In this document: in pieces, positions 1 through 13,500 of the stretch
Numbering within the stretch: the first letter of the stretch is position 1
Layout: each line of letters begins with the position of its first letter
Assembly (NCBI GenBank): GCA_051530055.1
Contig: CM121342.1
Location: 6,509,489-6,573,488, forward strand
Reading direction: 5' to 3'
From: Neoechinorhynchus agilis
Lineage: Eukaryota > Animalia > Acanthocephala
Length of the DNA stretch: 64,000 nucleotides
Made by a program: the position numbers and the translations under genes
Notes under the pieces: model-generated
What the model was told of the DNA's origin: nothing
Seen by the model: the letters and a program-made list of their open reading frames with translations, nothing else
Databases searched by the model: none

Positions 1-391
1 AATCGCCTTAGACAAAATGGTAAAAAGTTCGTTTAAAAAAATTAGAAATGAGTGGGTCGTTTATTAAATTTAGACTTTTTCCAGACCGTTCCGCTTTTTT
101 GTGGGCCTTTTTTTAAATGAGATCGATTCAATTGCCGATATTAGAATAAATCACCAATATACGTTCTTAGATTTACCAATTAAAAATCCAACGAATCAAC
201 GGAAGGAATGGATGAATTTGAAAGTTAGAATGGAACTTCACTTTTCAAAAAAAAGGATTTAAAATAATTTCTTTATTTTAATTGGCGATATTGATCCAAT
301 TAACCGATCGGGAGAGAACCTACACAGCGAAAGAAACTCTGAGAATCTCTACTCTTTTTCGCTCATTTCTCCTACCTTCTAACGAATTGAA

Positions 392-3300
392 ATGGTTTTG
401 GCGTGTAGATTCTACAAGCAAAAGTATCCTTTAGTGGACGAAGTGGTAATGGTCAGTGTAAAGTCCATTGCTCAAATGGGTGCCTATGTGGAACTTCTGG
501 AGTACAATGGAATCGAAGGTGAGTTTCCTTTTATTCCGCCCCAAGGAAACAGTTTTATCCTCTGCAGGGATGATCCTTCTTAGTGAACTTTCTCGGCGCC
601 GGATTCGATCAATAAACAAACTTATTCGAGTTGGTCGCAATGAATGCGTTCAAGTGATTCGAGTCGATCAGGATAAAGGATATATCGATTTGTCCAAACG
701 ACGAGTTGCTCCAGAGGAAATTCTCGCCTGTGAAGAGAAATTCGCCAGGGGTAAAACGGTATGCATCTTTCTGGTTAATTCTTTTCAAAGGGTGACTTGG
801 GGATTTTTGATAGATTTAAAAGGATTTAAACGCTAAACGATTTTTTAATCGTTTGAATTAAAGTTTTTTTATAGAAAATCGGGAAAGATTTCATTTTCAA
901 TGTTTTTCCGATATTTCGGATCCGTTGCAATGTGCGCAGAAATGGTTTTCTACTGAAAAAATCCTTTGAATTCGTGGATGATTTATTTTTTTTGCCAATT
1001 CGGGCATTTTTATTCAAAAAATATTTTTAAAAAGTTCACGATTTGAACGCTAAACGATTTTTTAATCGTTTGAATTAAGGTTTTTTTTATAGAAAATCAG
1101 GAAAGATTTCATTTTCAATGTTTTTCCGATATTTCGGATCCGTTGCAATGTGCGCAGGAAATGGTTTTCTACTAAAAAAATCCTTTTAATTCATGGAGAG
1201 TTTTTATTTTTTTTGCCAATTCGGGCATTTTTATTCAAATATATTTTTAAAAAGTTCACGATTTGAACGCTAAACGATTTTTTAATCGTTTGAATTAAAG
1301 TTTTTTATAGAAAATCAGGAAAGATTTTATTTTCAATGTTTTTCCGATATTTCGGATCCGTTGCAATGTGCGCAGGAAATGGTTTTCTACTAAAAAAATC
1401 CTTTTAATTCGTGGAGATTTATTTTTTGCCAATTCGGGCATTTTTATTCAAAAAATATTTTTAAAAAGTTCACGATTTGAACGCTAAACGATTTTTTAAT
1501 CGTTTGAATTAAGGTTTTTTTATAGAAAATCAGGAAAGATTTTATTTTCAATGTTTTTCCGATATTTCGGATCCGTTGCAATGTGCGCAGGAAATGGTTT
1601 TCTACTAAAAAAATCCTTTGAATTCGTGGATGATTTATTTTTTGCCAATTCGGGCATTTTTATTCAAAAAATATTTTTAAAAAGTTCAAGATTTGAACGC
1701 TAAACGATTATTTTAATCGTTTGAATTAAAGTTTTTTTATAGAAAATCAGGAAAGATTTTATTTTCAATGTTTTTCCGATATTTCGGATCCGTTGCAATG
1801 TGCGCAGGAAATGGTTTTCTACTGAAAAAATCCTTTGAATTCGTGGATGATTTATTTTTTTACCAATTCGGGCATTTTTATTCAAAAAATATTTTTAAAA
1901 AGTTCACGATTTGAACGCTAAACGATTTTTTAATCGTTTGAATTAATTTTTTTATAGAAAATCAGGAAAGATTTTATTTTCAATGTTTTTCCGATATTTC
2001 GGATCCGTTGCAATGTGCGCAGAAATGGTTTTCTACTGAAAAAATCCTTTGAATTCGTGGATGATTTATTTTTTTGCCAATTCGGGCATTTTTATTCAAA
2101 AAATATTTTTAAAAAGTTCACGATTTGAACGCTAAACGATTTTTTAATCGTTTGAATTAAAGTTTTTTTATAGAAAATCAGGAAAGATTTTATTTTCAAT
2201 GTTTTTCCGATATTTCGGATCCGTTGCAATGTGCGCAGAAATGGTTTTCTACTAAAAAAATCCTTTGAATTCGTGGATGATTTATTTTTTTGCCAATTCG
2301 GGCATTTTTATTCAAAAAATATTTTTAAAAAGTTCAAGATTTGAACGCTAAACGATTTTTTAATCGTTTGAATTAAAGTTTTTTTATAGAAAATCAGGAA
2401 AGATTTTATTTTCAATGTTTTTCCGATATTTCGGATCCGTTGCAATGTGCGAGGAAATGGTTTTCTACTAAAAAAATCCTTTGAATTCGTGGATGATTTA
2501 TTTTTTTACCAATTCGGGCATTTTTATTCAAAAAATATTTTTAAAAAGTTCAAGATTTGAACGCTAAACGATTTTTTAATCGTTTGAATTAAAGTTTTTT
2601 TATAGAAAATCAGGAAAGATTTTATTTTCAATGTTTTTCCGATATTTCGGATCCGTTGCAATGTGCGCAGGAAATGGTTTTCTACTAAAAAAATCCTTTG
2701 AATTCGTGGAGATTTATTTTTTTCCAATTCGGGCATTTTTATTCAAAAAATATTTTTAAAAAGTTCACGATTTGAACGCTAAACGATTTTTTAATCGTTT
2801 GAATTAAAGTTTTTTATAGAAAATCAGGAAAGATTTTATTTTCAATGTTTTTCCGATATTTCGGATCCGTTGCAATGTGCGCAGAAATGGTTTTCTACTG
2901 AAAAAACCTTTGAATTCGTGGATGATTTATTTTTTTGCCAATTCGGGCATTTTTATTCAAAAAATATTTTTAAAAAGTTCAAGATTTGAACGCTAAACGA
3001 TTTTTTAATCGTTTGAATTAAAGTTTTTTTATAGAAAATCAGGAAAGATTTTATTTTCAATGTTTTTCCGATATTTCGGATCCGTTGCAATGTGCGCAGA
3101 AATGGTTTTCTACTAAAAAAATCCTTTGAATTCGTGGATGATTTATTTTTTTGCCAATTCGGGCATTTTTATTCAAAAATATTTTTAAAAAGTTCAAGAT
3201 TTGAACGCTAAACGATTTTTTAATCGTTTGAATTAAAGTTTTTTTTATAGAAAATCAGGAAAGATTTTATTTTCAATGTTTTTCCGATATTTCGGATCCG

Positions 3301-5013
3301 TTGCAATGTGCGCAGAAATGGTTTTCTACTAAAAAAATCCTTTGAATTCGTGGATGATTTATTTTTTTGCCAATTCGGGCATTTTTATTCAAAAAATATT
3401 TTTAAAAAGTTCAAGATTTGAACGCTAAACGATTTTTTAATCGTTTGAATTAAAGTTTTTTTATAGAAAATCAGGAAAGATTTTATTTTCAATGTTTTTC
3501 CGATATTTCGGATCCGTTGCAATGTGCGCAGAAATGGTTTTCTACTAAAAAAATCCTTTGAATTCGTGGATGATTTATTTTTTTGCCAATTCGGGCATTT
3601 TTATTCAAAAATATTTTTAAAAAGTTCAAGATTTGAACGCTAAACGATTTTTTAATCGTTTGAATTAAAGTTTTTTTTATAGAAAATCAGGAAAGATTTT
3701 ATTTTCAATGTTTTTCCGATATTTCGGATCCGTTGCAATGTGCGCAGAACTGGTTTTCTACCAAAAAAATCCTTTGAATTCGTGGATGATTTATTTTTTT
3801 GCCAATTCGGGCATTTTTATTCAAAAAATATTTTTAAAAAGTTCAAGATTTGAACGCTAAACGATTATTTTAATCGTTTGAATTAAGGTTTTTTATAGAA
3901 AATCAGGAAAGATTTCATTTTCAATGTTTTTCCGATATTTCGGATCCGTTGCAATGTGCGCAAGAAATTGTTTTCTACTGAAAAAATCCTTTTAATTCGT
4001 GGATGATTTATTTTTTTGCGGATTGGGGCATTTTTATTCAAAGAATATTTTTAAAAAGTTTAAGTTTGTCCCCCTCTTTTTCTCGGCTGATAATTTTTCC
4101 TTGGACATAGAGGAAAGATTTTCCACCATGAAACAAGCATCCACACACAAAAAAACCCCAAATAAAACTTACTGGCTTGCCAGATTTCAAAAAAAATTCT
4201 TTTAATAGTCTGCATTAAAGTTTAACCGTGACGTCTTTTTCGGCTGCAACGACGTCGACTTTTCCAATCACAGGTCAACAGCATTATCCGGCACACAGCC
4301 GAGGTGCTTAAATTGGACAGCATAGAAGAAGTTGAGGCCCTGTTTGAAAAGACGGCTTGGTACTTCGACGAGAAACTTCAGAAACCGGGTGGTTCATATA
4401 ACATTTTTAAAATGTGTATAACCAAACCATCTCTTTTGGACGAATGTGACATTGACCTTCGAACAAAAGAAGTTCTTTTACAAAACATAAAAAGGAGATT
4501 ATCTCCGCAGCCAGTAAAGTGTAGGACAGATATTGAAGTTGCATGTTATGGATACGATGGCATAGATGCGATAAGAGACGCTCTCAAGTCAGCGATGTGT
4601 TTATCATGCGATTCGGTGCCAATAAAGGTTTGTTTCGCAAAATAAGAATGATTCTTATCGGGTTTTGTTTCGAATAGATTAGCCTTATAGCTCCGCCGAT
4701 CTTCGTTGTTACTGTAACTTCACTCGATCGCGCTAAAGGTCTCGAGCTTCTTCATCAGGTCAATGAAAGTGTACGGACTATTATTACTCAGAAGTATAAC
4801 GGGATATTTAAAGTCGCTTTAGAGCCTAAAGTTGTTACGGATCATGACGACACCGATCTAAGGAGAAGACTCGAAGAAGCAGAAGCCGAATTAAAGGAAG
4901 TTCCTGCAGATAGCGAAGGATCCGATGAAGATGATGATGAAGGTAGTGGCGATGGCGAAGAAAGTGGAGACGATACAGGATTAGCCGATGAAGATAAGGA
5001 GACTGTTGAGTAA
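392..5013 (+). CDS. EIF2S1: Translation initiation factor eIF2 alpha; exons 392-518, 568-758, 4274-4627, 4678-5013 (335 aa)
   Basis: Spliced translation gives [13 protein letters not shown]...[21 protein letters not shown] (Ser51 loop)...[14 protein letters not shown]...IKISLIAPP and an acidic tail. Three GT-AG introns (49, 3515, 50 nt); exon sum 1008 nt is in frame. Confidence 0.96.
826..4060. repeat. Tandem array, ~216-bp unit, ~15 copies, inside eIF2-alpha intron 2
   Basis: Anchor CGCTAAACGA recurs at ~831, 1048, 1268, 1482, 1698, 1917 ... 3855. Confidence 0.97.
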
Positions 5014-5289
5014 ACATTTTATAAAAAGGGCTTTTGTCGTTCCGTTTTATCGATGTTAATCATTTCGTCATTAATTTTTTTGTCCGATTTAGAAATAATT
5101 TTTATAGAAGGTCCAATGGAAACTTAGCAATATCTTTATCCTCCATTACTTCGAGGATTCGCCATTCTCTTTTCAATGGCGAGTTTATACAAAAAATGTA
5201 GAGCCATAGATCGAATTTTTTAAAATAATTTCATTTTTTTAATAACTCTCTCTATTATTAGAATTTACAAGTTTTGGAAGGTAATGTTC

Positions 5290-6900
5290 TGTGGAGCCGC
5301 GGTTTTCCTCACGCTGGCAGCATTCCCTCGTTGTACTGCCAGGGAAACGTTTTGTTAAAGGAATGCTGTCGCATACGGGTCCCTTTTCATTGATATCTCA
5401 AGTGCGGATTCACCGAGGGCCCTGAACGTTTCGATCCCCCAAAGACACGAAATGGAAGCTCTCCTTCAGCTCAAAGTATTTTGGCGCTTTCCGACGCTCT
5501 GCTGCGGGTCGGTGAAGGTTGCATCCCATAAGAGGCACTTCGCTCGGCTCCAAGGGAAGATGAACACATCATCTGGGCGCTTACCATCAGACCTACACAG
5601 ATTGCTCGGCTCCAAGATGTTTGGAATACTCAGGATCACGTTGATTCCGGCATGTTTAGGCGACCGTCCGGCTGACCGAATGCTCTTTTGGCGTCAACTT
5701 GCGAGCCGGAGCGACATTCGTATGGGAAGCAGACGGGGGCACCTAATCTCAAAGAGAAAGCTATCCGGAATGTTTCGTTGTCCAAAAGAGTCCCCAACTT
5801 TTCGGCCGGGATAGCTTCCAGCTCGAGCAAGCCATGAGTCTCGAACGTGACCTCTCGTCCAGTTGGTCTAGAAGTGATTTGTGAACCTTCTGCTCATATC
5901 GGTAAGTCCCACGATGACTGCTTTTGGTACTTCTAGAGTATTGTTGCTTGTTATACTTTAGAGGTCCAGAGCATTATTAAAATGTTCTTCGTTGGACTCC
6001 GAATAGATCTTAAGGGAGTTCTCTCGACTAGCCGAAATCGAAGAAAGGCCGGCAATGCGACGTCCTCCATGAGTCTGAGTCCTGAACCTCCGTAGTTGGA
6101 TGTTTCCACTAGGAATGGTCGAAATCGATATTGACGATTTGTCTGAGTTTATTCCGAAGAAGATTATCCAGATTCGATAGATCATCCTTGCGCGCGAAGG
6201 CGGGTGCGAGGCAGTTTTTTAATAAAAAAAACGGCTTCGTGAGACTTTAGATCTGAACATCTGTTACACAGTGGGGCGGCAAAGATATTCGCTACATCCT
6301 TCGAAGCGTTCTCCTTGAAAACGCATGAACCCAGGAGACTTAAGTCTCAAATATTGATTCGTTTGATGCCCGGAGCGACACTTTTGAATTGCTCGTGTAC
6401 TTGCGAGTTTTCTGTTTCGTCCATGTTCATTAGTAGCAGTTCACACTTTGAGCTGTTCAACTCGATTCCCATCTTGGAGGTGATTTCGATGATGCGGTTA
6501 GGATCACCCAGGGTTCCGTCGTCCAGGTACCACGCGTTGGAGTTCGATTTTAGTGACCTCACCAATGGATTGCAATGGAGAAGTTTATCGGACCGAGAGG
6601 CCGCGTTGGGACCTGATAATGTTCCGATTATAAATCAGGGGGTGAATGGGCGCCGTAGGTCCTCGTCAAGTAGGGCATTCCGTTCCAGGGAATTGAACTC
6701 GACGTTTCAACGAAGTTCCTTAAGGCGTGAACGATTTCTCCACAAGGAGAGCAACAGTCGAAGAAACCCTTTTCGATATTGGCGATGGGACGGGCGCCAC
6801 CCTCTCTTTTCGTTGATCCTAGATTGTGGTTAAGCAAGCGATCGAACAACTTTCGCAAGGCAAGTTGGAGATGCCACTCCCAGGTTATTTTCAAGTTTGT
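5290..6900 (-). mobile_element. Degenerate CRE-like non-LTR retrotransposon (RT, CCHC knuckle, REL endonuclease)
   Basis: Minus-strand frames give GGARPIA, WYLDDGTLG (RT), LRLGAPVCFPYECRSG (knuckle), DGKRPDDVFIFPWSRAKCLLWDAT (PD-D/E nuclease) and SLAVQRGNAASV. Many stops and frameshifts. Confidence 0.87.
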
Positions 6901-7379
6901 TTTCCCTTCATATTCAATAAAGACAAAAAATAAACAATGTTTTAACAAATATAAAGGTGAATGCTATTTAAGCAGTGGAAAACAACGGTCTCAAGGTAAA
7001 CAGGTTGAAGACGATATGCATGGGACCGGAAGCAAGTTGTGGATTTGACGATGAGAAGAACAGTGAAATGGCAGCGAAGTATCGCACGATTCAGCTTCTC
7101 GTCGGTAATAAGATCGGCAGTAAGGGCGGGTGAGAGTTGTTCGAGCGACTAAAGTAGAAGAGGAGGATTCGCAGCCCTCGAATGTCTCCGTTGAACGAGG
7201 TTAAGTTTCAATCTAAAAGCATCTACAAATTGCGCAGACGGAATTTCTATAAAGTTCCAATGGAAACTTGGGATGTCGGAGAACCGTGTTTTTTTATATT
7301 GATAATGAGATCAGTCAAATTGTTTGCCTTTTTAGCGCTTTAGAAAACTTCATTCGAAAGAGAGAATCCGCATTACCCG

Positions 7380-7665
7380 TACGTTATGATTGTTCGGCAG
7401 CTTCCTTGATGGCCGCGCTGATTCGCTGCAATAGGAAGCTGCTGGATCGCCTATCGCCGGTGGCATCTTTCTCAGTCGGGAAAAGGAAATAATCGGCTTC
7501 TTTTCCGAGGCATCCCAGTGTTTCCACCGCAATCGGGATGAATCGAGCGAGGAGTGTACTTCTGCAGCTTCTTTTAATCGCTGAAGCTGGCGACTGCTCC
7601 CGTTTTTGAGGTGGAATCCCGTAAGTGGGATGCTGCGAGCGTGTTTGGGCAGGTAAAATCCCAAA
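7380..7665 (-). mobile_element. CRE-like 3' fragment
   Basis: Frames give NTLAASHLRDSTSKTGAVA, IAVETLGCLG and ATGDRRSSSFLLQRISAAI. Confidence 0.7.
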
Positions 7666-7756
7666 CCAGTATTTTCCGTCGTTCCGGGAGAGTCCGGCCG
7701 TTGAGAGAAGAATTTATTATTTTTCTAACGTCTAAAGCACTAAAATATATTGGATT

Positions 7757-8215
7757 TTAAATCGCTACCTTTTCCTTCTTCATATTTTTCTTCTGATAAT
7801 CATCAATGGCTGCCTTTATGGCATCCTCTGCCAACATTGAACAATGAAGTTTAATCGGTGGCAGTCTCAATTCCTGAGCTATGACATTATTTCGAACACC
7901 TTTTGCCTGTTCCATTGATTTTCCTTTTATATATTCAGTTGCATATGAACTCGAAGCTATCGCTGATCCGCATCCAAATGTCTTAAATCTCGCATCCACG
8001 ATCTTTCCTTCATCGTTCACTTTGATTTGAAGCTTCATTACGTCTCCACACGCCGGAGCACCAACCATTCCAGTACCAACTGAAGGATCTTTAGGATCCA
8101 GGGAACCAACATTTCGAGGGTTCTCGTAATGATCAATCACTTTCTCATGGTATTGACGGCAATTGATCACTTGAAATACAAAACGAGTAGACGATCTTGA
8201 AGCTGAACGAATCAT
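7757..8215 (-). CDS. ISCU: Mitochondrial Fe-S scaffold IscU, intronless
   Basis: YHEKVIDHYENPRNVGS, GAPACGDVMKLQI, FKTFGCGSAIASSS and LPPIKLHCSMLAEDAIKAA; N-terminal Arg/Ser-rich presequence. Confidence 0.97.
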   Translation of the reverse strand: MIRSASRSSTRFVFQVINCRQYHEKVIDHYENPRNVGSLDPKDPSVGTGMVGAPACGDVMKLQIKVNDEGKIVDARFKTFGCGSAIASSSYATEYIKGKSMEQAKGVRNNVIAQELRLPPIKLHCSMLAEDAIKAAIDDYQKKNMKKEKVAI

Positions 8216-8309
8216 TTTTACGAAGAAAGGTAGTAGAAATTCTTAAGGGTTGGAAAGACGTTCTTTCTCGACGAACGACTCGTTGATTTTTTAATAACCG
8301 AATCTTAAC

Positions 8310-9390
8310 CTTTTAAAACGCGATCTTTTTGAAATTATCGGTTTAAAACAAACATTTTTAATCATTACACTCAATAATCAGATTATTTTACTTGCTGTCA
8401 TCATTGATTAATTTTATTTGTTTTTTTTCCTTTAAAATGGTTGTCGTATTTAATTTCTCCTTTAAAACCAATGTTTTAAATATTTATTAAAGAAAAATTA
8501 TCTTAAAATTAATACCGCGGAAAAGCCAAATCGATATTTAACGAATTTGCACACAAATTCTTTTAATATTTTAAAACGCGATCTTTTTGAAATTATTGTT
8601 TTCGCTCATCAAACAGATTATTTCACTTGCTGTCATCATTGATTAATTTTATTTGTTTTTTTTCCTTTAAAATGGTTGTCGTATTTAATTTCTCCTTTAA
8701 AACCAATGTTTTAAATATTTATTAAAGAAAAATTATCTTAAAATTAATAGCACGGAAACGCCAAATCGATATTTAACGAATTTGCACACAAATTCTTTTA
8801 ATATTTTAAAACGCGATCTTTTTGAAATTATTGTTTTCGCTCATCAAACAGATTATTTTACTTGCTGTCATCATTGATGAATTTTATTTGTTTTTTTCCT
8901 TTAAAATGGTTGTCGTATTTAATTTCTCCTTAAAACCAATGTTTTAAATATTTATTGAAAAAACTAAAATTAATACCGGAAAAGCCAAATCGATATTTAA
9001 CGAATTTGCCACAAATTCTTTTAATATTTTAAAACGCGATCTTTTTGAAATTATTGTTTTCGCTCATCAAACAGATTATTTTACTTGCTGTCATCATTGA
9101 TTAATTTTATTTGTTTTTTTCCTTTAAAATAGTTGGCATATTTAATTTCTCCTTTAAAACCAATGTTTTAAATATTTATTAAAGAAAAATTATCTTAAAA
9201 TTAATAGCACGGAAACGCCAAATCGATATTTAACGAATTTGCACACAAATTCTTTTAATATTTTAAAACGCGATCTTTTTGAAATTATTGTTTTCGCTCA
9301 TCAAACAGATTATTTTACTTAGTGTCATCATTGATGAATTTTATTTGTTTTTTTTCCTTTAAAATGGTTGGCATATTTAATTTCTCTTTT
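8310..9390. repeat. Tandem array, ~235-bp unit, ~4.5 copies
   Basis: AAAACGCGATCTTTTTGAAATT recurs at ~8315, 8575, 8809, 9032, 9265. Confidence 0.92.
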
Positions 9391-9534
9391 GAAATGTGAG
9401 CTCTTTTTTCAACCTGAAAAGATCTTCAGAGCAAAAATAAGCTAATTTTTTTGACTTGTTTTTCTATACATGTTTTCTAAGAAACTTTATTTGTATACAA
9501 TTTATCTATGCATTGTTTACAACCTCTCCGCTCC

Positions 9535-10000
9535 TATTCATCGGTGCCCCGTTGCACCGCAATGCTTATTTTTTGGGCTAGGAACGAAGCCGATCTTGGC
9601 TCTCCAGCCGCCGCATTGATTCGTTTCCCCAAGTCCTTCACGAGGGCCAGTGCCGACCCTCCCAAGGTACGTTTCCACACCGAAGGGGACTAAATAGTAA
9701 TTTCTTGTTAGCTCCCTGTATTTCGAGCATTTCAGCTCCTCTGCCGCCGTCGCCGCTCCTCCTGGACCTTTTTCGAGTGGCTGATGTTGGAGTTTGCCAA
9801 AACATTTTCCCTCCCGCCAAGGAATCCATCTAATCTACAAAGATTAGTGGGTTCTAGAACGTTTGAGAGGAAAAGAGTTTTTAGGGTCCTACTCAGAATG
9901 GCATTGATTTCAGCATGCCTTGGAAATAACTGACGTCTTGCATATGAGGCCGTGTCTCCCCGGAGCGTCCACTATAGTGCCGCAGCGGCAGCGATGCGGG
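9535..10000 (-). mobile_element. CRE-like 3' fragment (knuckle plus REL)
   Basis: IPHRCRCGTIVDAPGRHGLICK, AAEELKCSKYRELTRNYYLVPFGVETY and GEPRSASFLAQKISIAVQRG. Confidence 0.82.
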
Positions 10001-10516
10001 ATGATGCCAAAACTTTTTTTCTTATCCATTGCTAAAAATGAAAAAATCACATAATCGTCAAATAGACCGACGCCAAAGATTCTATCAACTCCTTTTTTCT
10101 TAAAGACATCAGTGACATTTCAAAATGTTCCTTGATCTTGCACTGAGATCTGTATTCGAACTTTAAATGTCCCAAGTTTCGGTAGTTCTCCGCAACAATA
10201 TTTGAGATCTCACAAAGCAACGAAATGGACTCAAGAGACAGAAACTATTGCTACTTTCGATAAATTTAAACGAACCGAGAAACTGATGTTGCAAACACAG
10301 AATCATTCGTACATCTAAGAATCTAAATTTGCGCGTTTGACATCGATTTTGACAACCACAAGTTAATCGAAAAACAGAAGATATAATTGATGAATTCAAT
10401 TAGTCGTATTTATCGATTTGTACACATTTGAGATTAAAACCAATATTGAAGAAACCACACACACTCGTTTTTTTTGTTAATGAACAGACCGCTCATAAAA
10501 TCCAAAAATATTTTTC

Positions 10517-13500
10517 TCACGAACCTGATGGTTCATCGGTTTGTACATTTTTTGTCACATTTAGTCGAGATTTCTCCATTGATGTATTTTTCTGTCTTTT
10601 AGCTTCTATTTTAGGCCAATAATCGTTGATAAAGGCTTCTCGTTGTTTATCGAATGCCTCCATAAGTTCTTCATAACCAAAAGACGTATTATCGGTTGTT
10701 GAAGCGGAACAAAACCAACAGACCGACAGTTGATCATAGAACTCCACGAGAGCAAATGCCAACGAAAGGGCTAAAGAGTCCACAAACCGACCTTTTGATG
10801 ACTCTTGATGTTTTTTAAGAGCTTCTTCAAAGTTCTGGAAATTATCTTCTCCTTTTATCCAGCTCTCAATTTTGGCGTGGTGTTCAATATCATTCTTGTT
10901 CAGAACGAGCAATATTGGTAGTTGCATTCGAAACATTATACTGCACGAATATAACATATTGGTCATGAATGTCATTGGATTTGAGCTCGATCGAGGGATA
11001 TCCGTTACGTATGCAATAATGGTAGGAAATGCTGATGCTAAGCATTCACATATTATTTGCCCCGAAGCGGACCATGTAAACGATTCTATTTGCCCCGGAG
11101 TATCTATTAAAACTATCGGACGAAATCCTCCTGTTGATACGCTGCATTTTTCACTTATAAAATCAATAACGGCACCGAAGTTCGTCGCAAACAGATTGAG
11201 CGAAGTCAATATAGCGCCGTTCGGACCGAGTTTGTATGTTTGCATCACTGTCTGATAGTTTATTTAGCAGTCATCGGAACTTCTCTAATCACAAGATTTT
11301 TAAAAACCACCCACTTCTCAAAAACTCTATCGTTCCAAATGGATTTTTAGTGATTTAAGACGAGATAAGAACGAGAAATAACCGTGAAAATCTTGCAATG
11401 ATTTCATTCGAATGGAAAAAGGAATTTATGAATTTTGTAAAATCTCAAAGGAAAACATTAAAGTAGAATTCAAATGCGAAGGAATTTTTAGGCGACAAGA
11501 ACGAGAAATAACCGTGAAAATCTTGCAATGATTTCATTCGAATGGAAAAAGGAATTTATGAATTTTTGTAAAATCTCAAAGGAAAACAATAAAGTAGAAT
11601 TCAAATGTGGAGGAATTTTTAGGCGACAAGAACGAGAAATAACCGTGAAAATCTTGCAAAGATTTCATTCGAATGGAAAAAAGGAGGAATTTATGAATTT
11701 TGTAAAATCTCAAAGGAAAACATTAAAGTAGAATTCAAATGTGAAGGAATTTTTAGGCGACAAGAACGAGAAATAACCGTGAAAATCTTGCAAAGATTTC
11801 ATTCGAATGGAAAAAGGAATTTATGAATTTTTGTAAAATCTCAAAGGAAAACATTAAAGTAGAATTCAAATGTGAAGGAATTTTTAGCGACAAGAACGAG
11901 AAATAACCGTGAAAATCTTGCAAAGATTTCATTCGAATGAAAAAAGGAGGAATTTATGAATTTTGTAAAATCTCAAAGGAAACATTAAAGTAGAATTCAA
12001 ATGTGAAGGAATTTTTAGGCGACAAGAACGAGAAATAACCGTGAAAATCTTGCAAAGATTTCATTCGAATGGAAAAAAGGAGGAATTTATGAATTTTGTA
12101 AAATCTCAAAGGAAAACAATAAAGTAGAATTCAAATGTGAAGGAATTTTTAGGCGACAAGAACGAGAAATAACCGTGAAAATCTTGCAATGATTTCATTC
12201 GAATGGAAAAAAGGAGGAATTTATGAATTTTTGTAAAATCTCAAAGGAAAACATTAAAGTAGAATTCAAATGTGAAGGAATTTTTAGGCGACAAGAACGA
12301 GAAATAACCGTGAAAATCTTGCAAAGATTTCATTCGAATGGAAAAAAGGAGGAATTTATGAATTTTTTAAAATCTCAAAGGAAAACATTAGTAGAATTCA
12401 AATGTGAAGGAATTTTTAGGCGACAAGAACGAGAAATAACCGTGAAAATCTTGCAATGATTTCATTCGAATGGAAAAAAGGAGGAATTTATGAATTTTTG
12501 TAAAATCTCAAAGGAAAACATTAAAGTAGAATTCAAATGTGAAGGAATTTTTAGGCGACAAGAACGAGAAATAACCGTGAAAATCTTGCAATGATTTCAT
12601 TCGAATGGAAAAAAGGAGGAATTTATGAATTTTGTAAAATCTAGGAAAACATTAAAGTAGAATTCAAATGTGAAGGAATTTTTAGGCGACAAGAACGAGA
12701 AATAACCGTGAAAATCTTGCAATGATTTCATTCGAATGGAAAAAAGGAGGAATTTATGAATTTTTGTAAAATCTCAAAGGAAAACAATAAAGTAGAATTC
12801 AAATGTGAAGGAATTTTTAGGCGACAAGAACGAGAAATAACCGTGAAAATCTTGCAATGATTTCATTCGAATGGAAAAAAGGAGGAATTTATGAATTTTT
12901 GTAAAATCTCAAAGGAAAACATTAAAGTAGAATTCAAATGTGAAGGAATTTTAGGCGACAAGAACGAGAAATAACCGTGAAAATCTTGCAAAGATTTCAT
13001 TCGAATGGAAAAAGGAATTTATGAATTTTTGTAAAATCTCAAAGGAAAACAATAAAGTAGAATTCAAATGTGAAGGAATTTTTAGGCGACAAGAACGAGA
13101 AATAACCGTGAAAATCTTGCAAAGATTTCATTCGAATGGAAAAAAGGAGGAATTTATGAATTTTTGTAAAATCTCAAAGGAAAACAATAAAGTAGAATTC
13201 AAATGTGAAGGAATTTTTAGGCGACAAGAACGAGAAATAACCCTCAAAATCTTGCAATGATTTCATTCGAATGGAAAAAAGGAGGAATTTATGAATTTTT
13301 GTAAAATCTCAAAGGAAAACATTAAAGTAGAATTCAAATGTGAAGGAATTTTTAGGCGACAAGAACGAGAAATAACCGTGAAAATCTTGCAAAGATTTCA
13401 TTCGAATGGAAAAAAGGAGGAATTTATGAATTTTTGTAAAATCTCAAAGGAAAACAATAAAGTAGAATTCAAATGTGAAGGAATTTTTAGGCGACAAGAA

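Noticed and set aside
9945-10000. ~55-nt motif shared with 38565-38620, first suspected to be an HDV-like ribozyme
   Set aside because: Its reverse complement encodes the CRE CCHC knuckle (PHRCRCG..VDA..RHGL), which explains the conservation.
10872-11255. Antisense ORFs over real genes (also 30106-30477, 30773-31162, 42365-42640, 53057-53269)
   Set aside because: They are shadows of conserved coding sequence with no recognisable motifs.
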